A stretch of 64,000 nucleotides of DNA from Piromyces finnis finn (taxonomy: Eukaryota; Fungi; Neocallimastigomycota). Made by a program: the position numbers and the translations under genes. Every line of letters starts with the position of its first letter. Positions within the stretch are counted from its first letter, which is position 1. Under the pieces are notes generated by a model. It searched no databases. It was given only the letters and a program-made list of their open reading frames with translations, and had not been told where the DNA came from. The stretch is taken from contig MCFH01000082.1 of NCBI GenBank assembly GCA_002104945.1, positions 62,001-126,000 on the forward strand, in the 5' to 3' direction. This document shows positions 13,328 through 23,108 of the stretch, piece after piece.

Positions 13328-14270
13328 TACATTGAGAATAGTAGGAATTGTATTCATGACAAGTAGAACCTTGTTCACAACAGGTTGGACCAGAATAGCC
13401 TTGACCACCACATTGAGCCCATTTCTTAGCACAATTTTCTTGTGGTTGACTGGTTGGATTAGAAGAAGATTGAACGGTAACAGTAACCTTTTCAGTAACA
13501 GTTACCTTTACCTTTTCAGTGACAATAACAGTAACTGGTGGGCATTCACCATCTAAAGTTGGAATAGTCTTGGTAGTAGTAGTAGTAGAAGTTGGAATGG
13601 TCTTGGTAGTAGTGGTAGAGGTTGGAATGGTCTTGGTGGTGATAGTCTTGGTAGTAGTAGTAGTGGTTGAAGTTGGAATGGTCTTGGTAGTAGTGGTAGA
13701 GGTTGGAATGGTCTTGGTGGTGATAGTCTTGGTAGTAGTAGTAGTGGTTGAAGTTGGAATGGTCTTGGTAGTAGTGGTAGAGGTTGGAATGGTCTTGGTG
13801 GTGATAGTAACCTTGGTAGTAGTAGTAGTGGTAGAAGCTGGATCAAAGTATTCATAATAAATACAATGATACCAATAAAAACAATCACCGTTATTCACAA
13901 CTTTCACCTCACCACCAAGTTTGGCACAATTATCTCTAAATATCTTAACTTCGTACAATCTTTCAAAATAGGAAGAACTAACAGTTTTACTAGGTTTCAA
14001 AAATTCTGTAATATCAGTTCTAATACGAGAACTAACAGTCCTGGTTGAAGTTGGAAGAGTCTTACTACTAATAATGGTTGAAGTTGGAAGAGTCTTAGTA
14101 CTAATAATGGTTGAAGTTGGAAAAGTCTTACTACTAATAATGGTTGAAGTTGGAATAACCTTAGTGGTAGTCTTGGTGGTAGGAAGGAAAGAGGAGGAAT
14201 TTTCAGAGGCATTAACACAAATGAAAGCCTTTAAAAAGACAAAAATAAAAAATAATTGTAACTTCTTCAT
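13323..14270 (-). CDS. Secreted non-catalytic CBM1 protein (paralog 2)
   Basis: Signal peptide, S/T repeats, Cys motif, Thr-rich linker, and a CBM1 nearly identical to paralog 1. Confidence 0.9.
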   Translation of the reverse strand: MKKLQLFFIFVFLKAFICVNASENSSSFLPTTKTTTKVIPTSTIISSKTFPTSTIISTKTLPTSTIISSKTLPTSTRTVSSRIRTDITEFLKPSKTVSSSYFERLYEVKIFRDNCAKLGGEVKVVNNGDCFYWYHCIYYEYFDPASTTTTTTKVTITTKTIPTSTTTTKTIPTSTTTTTTKTITTKTIPTSTTTTKTIPTSTTTTTTKTITTKTIPTSTTTTKTIPTSTTTTTKTIPTLDGECPPVTVIVTEKVKVTVTEKVTVTVQSSSNPTSQPQENCAKKWAQCGGQGYSGPTCCEQGSTCHEYNSYYSQCI

Positions 14271-15169
14271 TTTTAAATTGGAAGAGCTTTTTTTTTAAAA
14301 AATAAAAATTTTTTTTAAATTTGAAAATTTTTAATTTCAATTAATTATTCTTAATTTACTAAATGATAGAAATAATCTTTTTTTAATTCCTAATAGTAAC
14401 TATTTTTTTTTTTTTTTAAAATAATAAATAAATTTTTATTTATTTATTTAATTATTTTTTAAGGAAAATAAAGTAAAAAATCCATCCTAAATATATGGAA
14501 AAAATTTTCATTATTTTACCATAAATCATATGATTGGATTATTTGATAAATTAAATAAGAAATTAATAGCAGCACAATACTAACAAAAAGGTGATTCTTT
14601 CCACCAAACTTTAATTATTTTTTGTAATGCATTGATTTATTTAAAAAAAGTAATTTAATAGAGGCTAGAACGAAAGTAAAAAAAAAAACATAGTAAAATA
14701 TGATAAAAATGAAGGAATATTTAGGATTAAACACAAATTATTTTCTATTTTTTAATTTAGATTTTATTTTCCGTTTACAGTAATACTCTACATTAAAAAT
14801 ACATTGTATTATTCTGTATTATGTTGTATCACCTTCTTCCATAAATTAAGTTTATATTAATAATATGATATATATATTATATATTATTATATAGCTGTTC
14901 CATAGATTATTATTATTTATAAAATATAATCTATTATATGTAAATAATATATAAACAATATATATTTTTTATAGGTTTTAACCATAAAATAAAATTTATT
15001 TTTTAAAAATGTGACGTGTAACTTTTAATAAAAAAAAAAAGGTTTTCATTTTGTAAATTGTTGGCATTCCTAAAAAAATATATATATTTAATGTACATGA
15101 TTAATTGTCTTTTTTTCTAATCCTTTTAATTTTCATATTACTTGTTGGTAGTAATTATAACTGTTAGTA

Positions 15170-15408
15170 GTAATCATTATTGTCAGTAGCTGTTGTTGTT
15201 AGTAATAATAAATGTAGTTGGGTAGTAGCAGTTGTTGTTGGTAACTGTAATCATTATTGTCAGTAGCTGTTGTTGTTAGTAATAATAAATGTAGTTGGGT
15301 AGTAGCAGTTGTTGTTGGTAACTGTAATCATTATTGTCAGTAGCAGTTGTTGTTAGTAATAATAAATGTAGTTGGGTAGTAGCAGTTGTTGTTGGTAACT
15401 GTAATCAT
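15170..15408. repeat. 77-bp tandem repeat, 3 copies plus a partial copy
   Basis: Unit gtaatca... starts at 15170, 15247, 15324 and 15401. Confidence 0.9.
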
Positions 15409-16244
15409 AATGATAATGCCATTGAATAATTGTAATTGTTGTAATAATAAACCTTTCTTTAAATAAAAAAAAAAGGAGCATAAATTTTTTTTTGATTTAT
15501 TAACGCAAAAAGTTAATAGAGTTGTTGTTGTAGGAATGTAGAGGTAATTAATTTAACATTTTCTTATGATGATTTATGCTTTTGACTTATTATATCTTAG
15601 ATATCTTTTAGAACACTATATCTCAAAGATGTTGACTTATTTTTTAAAAAAAAATATATATACATCTGTACATAATAGTTAAAATATTATTTCTTGTATT
15701 ATTTAACATTACATTGAAAGAATTTTTTTTTATCCTATAAAATTTCAACGCCGATTCGAAATAGATATATATGATATATTAAAAAATAATATATCTATAT
15801 GTTATATATCATATATTATAACATATACAATTTAAATAGTAAATTGTAGTTCATCAATTTACAATGTAATTAACAATGTAATGTATAATGTATTATATTT
15901 AAAGAACATTCCACAAAATTTTTAAACAAATTTGTGTAACAAAATATCAGGTGAACGGATTATTTTGTTATTAATTTAAGTTTAATAAAAATTTGAAAAA
16001 TAACTCAAATAATTAATAAAAGGATTTTTTTTTAATAAATTTTTAATAAATATTAAAGTTTAAAATTAAAATTTGATTTTTTATTAATATTTAAGAGTGG
16101 ACTTTTCTTTTTAAGCTAAAACAATAATAAGAGATTATTTATAATATTTATAATATTTTGAAAATTTTGAAAATAATTCTATTTATACTAAAACTCAATT
16201 GAGGCTTAACAATTATTTTAGTTTTTAATTACTAGCAATTACTA

Positions 16245-17045
<801 letters not shown>

Positions 17046-18552
17046 AGTAGTATTATTATATATATAATACAATTGTTAGAAATAATTAATAATCAAGAAT
17101 TATTTTTACTTAGTGGTTAAATTAATAAAAGAAATAAAGTATTTTAAAACCTAAATTACTAAATTACTTTATCAATTTGTAATAATAAAATTTCTAATAA
17201 AACATTTTTTTAATTTAGTTTACTTTTTACTTGTTTTTTAATTTATTTAATATTTAATATTGAAGTGATAAGTTTACTTAAAATCTTGACATAAAATGTA
17301 AACGGTTTTTTAAGTGGATTTAGATTTATAATTAAATCTACTAGGTTAGGATAGGCTTAATTACATAGTCATTACGAAGATACTTAAAGCAATTAGTATA
17401 GAAAATAAATGATTGATTCACTTATGATGAAATATATTTTGGTATCAAAAAATTTACTTCAACGATATTTAATCCTGAAACAAAACAAAGTCAGAGCAAT
17501 AAAGACCCTAGGATTACTCCAAAAGCATATTAATAAAGTAATATAAGGAATTATAGATATTTACAAAACTATATTATTAATATTTTTGAATTCTATTTAA
17601 AAATATTTGACTATTTCACCATTATCAATGAAAATATGAATTGGTTAAGGTTAGATATTTCAACAAATGAAAAAACTTGAAATTGTATTTTTTCTTACCT
17701 GTTGATAATATTCCTCCTGAATTTAAAAAATAGGCATAGTACAAATCAAGAAGATCTCTTAATAAAAAATTACAGAAACATGTAGATGATGCTAAAAAAA
17801 AAAAGCACTTATTTATGTATTAATATTTAAAAAGCTAATAAAAGATTCCAATTATATTTTAAATTCAAAATTTGATAAAACCTTTCCAATATTTTTTTTA
17901 ATATAATTCCAAGAATTCGCTCTATGGCACCATTAAAATACATAAAAATACATAAAACACACAATTCGACAATTGTGATACATTTATCAATTAAATATAA
18001 AAAAAATAAAATAAATATTTTTTATTTTTAGGTTATTATTTTATAATATTTCTATGTTTTCTTTTTTTTTTTTTTTTTTTAGATACAAGCTTTAATGCTT
18101 TTGTTCTTTATTCAAAAAATTATAAAAAATTGATATAAAAACATAGGAATATAAAAGAAATATATATATACATTATTATTATTATTACTTTATTTATTTA
18201 TTTTTTAGTTAGTGTATTGACTTTCTTATAAAGAAAACAACATAACTTTTTTATACTATAAATGCTCTTTTATTTATATAAAATTATCAACTTATAGGTA
18301 TAAAAAAAGAAATGTAATTGTATTATAAAAAGATAAAAAGATATTTATAATTATCTTTTCTTTCTTTTTTTAAATTAACTTTTTATAGTAAATATATAAA
18401 ACTATATCGAATATCTTTTACTTGTTTGTTATTTTTTGACAATTAAAGGGAAATACAGTGTTTTATAATATTTTAATAGTATCTTATTTATATATTTTTA
18501 AATGAATTTTATTATACTAATAATTATAGTATAAAAAATGTAAAAATTTTAT

Positions 18553-19317
18553 TTATTTATTAGCTTTAATATAACGTCTTTTATTATTTTTTACGTAACA
18601 ACAACAACAACAGTCAATTACTAAAATACTTATTAATGCTGCTATAATTCCTAACTTTTCAAATGCAGGACCCAATCCTTCACTATCAGAAGGTTTGTTA
18701 ATGTTCTCTACACACGTTCCTTTATAACATTTATCAAACGAACAATCCGAATTATTTATACAAGATTCACCAGACATTCGGCCACATTTATTATAATATA
18801 TATGAGAAAATATAAAACAAGAAAGACCTAGATATACAGTATCACAATATTCAATATTAACTTCTAAATTCTTTACACATCTATTGTTTATACATTTATT
18901 TGAAAAACATTGATTATCTGTTTTACAATCAGTAGATACGTGAATAGTTTCATTTTTATTAGACTCGATAAAATTAGTTATTGTTGTCTCATAATAATTA
19001 ATATAAGGAATTAAAATATATCTATGAAGATAACCATTCTTATATTTAATTTCAATAAAAGGTTTGTTATCATTTGGCTGTAAATAAATGCAATCATCAT
19101 CTTTACATAAGCGTGTATTAGTGTATTCAAGTGAATCAAAACTACCCCTTTTAAGTTTATACTCTTTAATTTCGGTGCGATTAAATGCTTCACCACGATA
19201 AATAAGTTCAGCTGGAATATCATCAGATTCAACACTAATTGTACGAGTATATCCATATTGACAAAATACCATAAAATATAAATAGGTTGATAGTATCAAA
19301 ATAATCTTCTTTTTCAT
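18553..19317 (-). CDS. Cys-rich type I membrane protein, 254 aa
   Basis: Signal peptide; two CxxxxxCxxxxCxxxxC-like modules (CKTDNQCFSNKCINNRC; CINNSDCSFDKCYKGTC); C-terminal TM helix followed by CCCCC and a basic tail. Confidence 0.75.
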   Translation of the reverse strand: MKKKIILILSTYLYFMVFCQYGYTRTISVESDDIPAELIYRGEAFNRTEIKEYKLKRGSFDSLEYTNTRLCKDDDCIYLQPNDNKPFIEIKYKNGYLHRYILIPYINYYETTITNFIESNKNETIHVSTDCKTDNQCFSNKCINNRCVKNLEVNIEYCDTVYLGLSCFIFSHIYYNKCGRMSGESCINNSDCSFDKCYKGTCVENINKPSDSEGLGPAFEKLGIIAALISILVIDCCCCCYVKNNKRRYIKANK

Positions 19318-19839
19318 TATACTTTATAAAAAATTATATATAACAAATATTGAAATTAAAATTGAAATTTATAATATTTTTTTTTTTATTTATCACACTA
19401 TCCTTTAATGTTTAGTAGCTTTCAGTTAATAAAATATAAAATGTTTATTTTCGTTTTTTTTTTGCTTTTCTTTATTTATTTCGAAATTTAAAAAAGTTTT
19501 CATTTCACCAAAAAAAAGTCTTTTCTTTTTTTTTATATAAAATTTCAAAAAAATTAAATTTCTTAGAACCAATCCTTTTTTAATAATAAAAATTAATAGA
19601 ATTTTCTTTTTTTTTTTTAAATGAAAATATTAAAAAGTTAACTTTTCTTTTGTTATAATTATTTGAGTATAAGAGTTAACTCTAGGATTTAATTATGAAC
19701 TATGTTAACTCTAATTAATAATACTTGTTAAAAGATAACGGAAATAAAATGTATTTTTTATTAATATTTAATTAAACTAGTATAATAATAATAATAGGTA
19801 TTAAAGAATAATTTTATCATCTAATGAAAAATATAAAAA

Positions 19840-19911
19840 TGGAGAGTGAGTGATTCGAACACCCAACCTTCCGCTCTGGAGGCGGACGCGCTACCGTTGC
19901 GCCAACCCTCC
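19840..19911 (-). tRNA. trnW: tRNA-Trp (CCA), intronless
   Basis: Cloverleaf: acceptor GGAGGGT/ACTCTCC, D stem GCGC/GCGC, anticodon arm TCCGC-CTCCAGA-GCGGA, T loop TTCGAAT. Confidence 0.95.
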
Positions 19912-19925
19912 TTTACTGATTAAAT

Positions 19926-20635
19926 TGTTAAGGAACCAACAAATAATGTTATTCTTGTCATAATTAATGATTATGACCTAATCCATTCATTATTGTTCCT
20001 AAATGTATGAAAACTTTACAATATTCTTATTTGTAAATTAATGTATACACTTAAATTATATTTAAAATTATTAATAATTATTTTTTATTGAACTTAAATT
20101 TTATTTTATTAAACTTAAAAATTAATTTAGTAATAATAATATATTGAAAATTATAGTTTATTGAACTTTTAGTTTAATTTATCAAGTTAATGAATTTTTA
20201 TTAATTAAAATTATGAATAATATTTCTGTAAAATAGTAAAATTTTTTAGTTAAATATATTTAAAGTAAACTTTTAATGTATGTTAATCAATTTAATAATA
20301 TGTATAAATATTTATTATAATAGTAATGTAATTTTATTATTCATTTAAAAGTAATTTAAATACTAAAATTATGTAAATAATTAAAGACTAATTCTTTTAA
20401 TTAACACTACTTAATTTTTTACAAAAAGTATAAAAAGGTGTATATTATAAGAATTAGAGAATATACAGATATTTTTATTTTTATTTTTATTTTATTTTAT
20501 AATTTTATATTAATATCTTAATAAAACAATTTTATTAATAAAACAATTTTTCTTATTTCATTTTAATATTATTTTTGAGTATTAATAAATTTATTAATAT
20601 TTTATAAATAAAAGTAAATTCCTCGAACCGTAACA
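19926..20635 (+). repeat. Element A 5' LTR
   Basis: TGTTAAGG...CCGTAACA; matches 27119-27828 with no differences seen by eye. Confidence 0.95.
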
Positions 20636-20642
20636 TAAAAAT

Positions 20643-20660
20643 TGGTGGAGATATCGGGGA
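20643..20660 (+). promoter_or_regulatory. Element A PBS, complementary to the tRNA-Ala 3' end
   Basis: TGGTGGAGATATCGGGGA; TGGTGGAGA is complementary to the ...UCUCCACCA end of Ala tRNAs. Confidence 0.8.
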
Positions 20661-20780
20661 ATAATATTAATAAAAATTATTAATACATAGGATAAAGTAA
20701 TATTAAAATATTACTAAAATATTATATAAATTTCTTAAAAATTTATTACCCTTCAAAGTTATAGGTAATATTTATATTAC

Positions 20781-21478
20781 TGTTGAAGCTTTAAGGTATA
20801 ATATTTTAGTAGAACTGAATTAGTACGCTTTAGAAGCAGTACTTATTTAGGAATTAGTGGTTAAGTTTTTAGGTCTAGTTTATCTTTCACAGTAGGATAC
20901 TGGAAAGCGCTGAACCTTTCTATTTTGCTAGAGAAATAGAAGTGCCTCGCATAATTGCTACATGACACTGGTAATACGGTAAGCTGGGCAATTGTGAACT
21001 ACTTAAGCACCCTAAATAAGTATTGGAAAATTGCTGTGAAATGCTGTTCTACTATACTTATTATTGTAATTCAAATTTTTAATAAATTAAATATTATTTT
21101 AGTATTTATAATTTTTTAAAAAAAAAAAAAAAATATTTTTTTTTTAATTGAACGATTTTTAAAAATTATTCTTTTTAAAATATAAATAAATAATTCGAAA
21201 GTGACCCTTAGCGTGGCAAGTTAAACTGCTGTACGTAATACTTTGGTGTTCAATTATATCTGATAATTGGGGAAGATAATCAATTATTTTCTTTCCGCTA
21301 ATTAAGTTAGTGATAATAAAGAAATTAATTACGTTACTTCCTTTTATTAAATTATATTTAATATTAACCATCGGGTATATTTGTGGCTTATCATCAAAGA
21401 GCTACGAGGGATTTTCACTTAGAATTACACAACCTATAATACTTGATGGTTTAACATTATATAGGTTGGCTTATATTT
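20781..21478 (+). ncRNA. Unidentified ~700-nt structured RNA module 1 in the element A leader
   Basis: Collinear conserved blocks and covarying stems relative to 43781-44479 (minus); see findings. Confidence 0.7.
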
Positions 21479-21630
21479 TTATAAAAAGAAATAAGTTTTT
21501 AAAAAATAATTAATTAAAAAAAAAAAAAAAAAAAAAATATAGATATATATATCTATTCTTTTTGTTGATTCTCTTCGAGTAATTTAATATTGCTAATTGA
21601 AATATTCTTTTCTTACTGTTTTAAGTTAAA

Positions 21631-21812
21631 CAAGTTATATCAGCATAGACAAGCATTATTAACTAATCAACAGAGGTATACTAGGGGTGGTAGAAAGATC
21701 CTGAAGCACGTGACGGAACTTAGATCGTGTGAATAAGGTGACGGCAACATTTACCATTGGACGAAAGACTCTTAGTTAATAGTCTATTATATATAATTTG
21801 GTCGGTAACTTG
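21631..21812 (+). ncRNA. Structured RNA module 2 in the element A leader
   Basis: Nested stems caagtta/taacttg, atagac/gtctat, attaactaa/ttagttaat; seven motifs collinear with 29739-29899. Confidence 0.5.
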
Positions 21813-22170
21813 AATCAGTAATAACAATATTAAATTAAAATTCTTGCTAGTAAATTGAAAACAAATAATAATTAACTATAAGAAAAACAGAAAACAAAAG
21901 TAATAATTTCATCTTTTCTGACTGAACTAAGATAGTAAGGAGTGATACTAAAAATTTAAATAAATAATTGGTAGTACGTGCTGTGCTAGATTATTTGTAT
22001 CTCATTCTGTCAAGTGGTCGATAAAGGAATTTCGAGCTTGGTTACAACTAATAAGTGGTCGATAAAGGAATTTCGAACTTATAATTTTTTTTAGACTATC
22101 AAAGGTATTTTTGAGTCTATACTGTGTCATCTTGTACTGCAATAAATTCGGTCAAGGAAAATACAAGAAA

Positions 22171-23052
22171 ATGAGCAATTCTACTACAAGGATAGATTTC
22201 AAGGAGTTGAAGAAGGAACTCAAGGATATAGAAAAACTTTCCAAAGATAATTTGGACATAAGATCCTGGGCTTCTGAAATAAGTTTATGGATTGAACTTC
22301 AAGATATCACTAGTGCCAAGAAAATTTACATGGCATGTGTGCTTACTTCTAAGGGTGAACCAAGAAAGGTAATCCAAGAGTTGGAAGATAAAGACAGTGA
22401 TAGTGAAGATGAATATGAAAGTGAAAATGAAGAAGAGAATCAGAAAAATGAATCTAATGAAGAAGATTATCCCTCACTTGGGAAAATTATCAATGCCCTT
22501 GAAACATTTTATGGGTTAAAAGAAGATCAAAGTATGTTATTACGGGAACTAAGAAGACTACGTATAAGAAGAAATGAATCAGTTAAAGATTTCAATAGAA
22601 GATATAGATCTTTATATTTAAAGTTGGATAAGAAAAAGAAGAAGCAGATTAGTGTGTTAGATTATGCAGATTCTTTACAAAATAATAAAGAAGCATGGAG
22701 AAAAGTATCTTTAAAAGATGATATCACTCTAGAAAAGGCCTTTAAGATAGCTGAGAAGGTAGATAGGTTATCTACTAGAATAGATAATGATGGTAATCTA
22801 CCAACGACTACTGCAATAACCAAAAGTTATAATAATTTTCAACCATACAAGAGAAAAGTTTCTTTTACTGAAGCCAAAAAGCCTAATAAAGATGATGAAA
22901 TGAATAACCTAGTCAAGAAAATGAAAAATTTAACTATTAAAGCTTGTTTCTTCTGTAGTGAACCTGGTCATTATCAACAAAATTGCCCAAAACTTCAAGC
23001 CATTATTGAAGGAAACAAGAAGCGTTATTATGATAATCATTTAAATCATTAA
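22171..23052 (+). CDS. gag: Element A Gag
   Basis: First ATG at 22171; capsid-like region and CCHC knuckle CFFCSEPGHYQQNC. Confidence 0.9.
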   Translation: MSNSTTRIDFKELKKELKDIEKLSKDNLDIRSWASEISLWIELQDITSAKKIYMACVLTSKGEPRKVIQELEDKDSDSEDEYESENEEENQKNESNEEDYPSLGKIINALETFYGLKEDQSMLLRELRRLRIRRNESVKDFNRRYRSLYLKLDKKKKKQISVLDYADSLQNNKEAWRKVSLKDDITLEKAFKIAEKVDRLSTRIDNDGNLPTTTAITKSYNNFQPYKRKVSFTEAKKPNKDDEMNNLVKKMKNLTIKACFFCSEPGHYQQNCPKLQAIIEGNKKRYYDNHLNH

Positions 23053-23092
23053 GTGGGAGAAGAAGCACTCCCATCGTCAATAAAATAGCTTC
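23040..23092 (+). promoter_or_regulatory. -1 ribosomal frameshift signal of element A
   Basis: T TTA AAT (23040-23046) in the gag frame; stem TGGGAG/CTCCCA; the pol frame is -1 and open from the slip site. Confidence 0.75.
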
Positions 23093-23108
23093 AGCTCAGT
23101 ATCAGTCA

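Larger units (their letters stand above)
12097..15485. repeat. Segmental duplication copy 2
   Basis: Homologous to 6449-9340, with a ~136-bp extra segment and a 77-bp VNTR expansion. Confidence 0.8.

Noticed and set aside
15170-15408. CRISPR-like array (also 63889-63990)
   Set aside because: Contiguous tandem units without unique spacers, eukaryotic context, no cas genes.
17330-17760. Slightly GC-enriched stretch resembling decayed coding sequence
   Set aside because: No open frame or motif that I can support.
21205-21410. Group II intron domain V identity for the AGC-containing stem with a CG bulge
   Set aside because: AGC lies directly beside the bulge rather than 5 bp below it, there is no GNRA-capped short hairpin, and no GUGYG 5' end or domain VI.
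21759-21766. GGACGAAA half of a hammerhead core
   Set aside because: No upstream CUGAnGA-GUCC partner.
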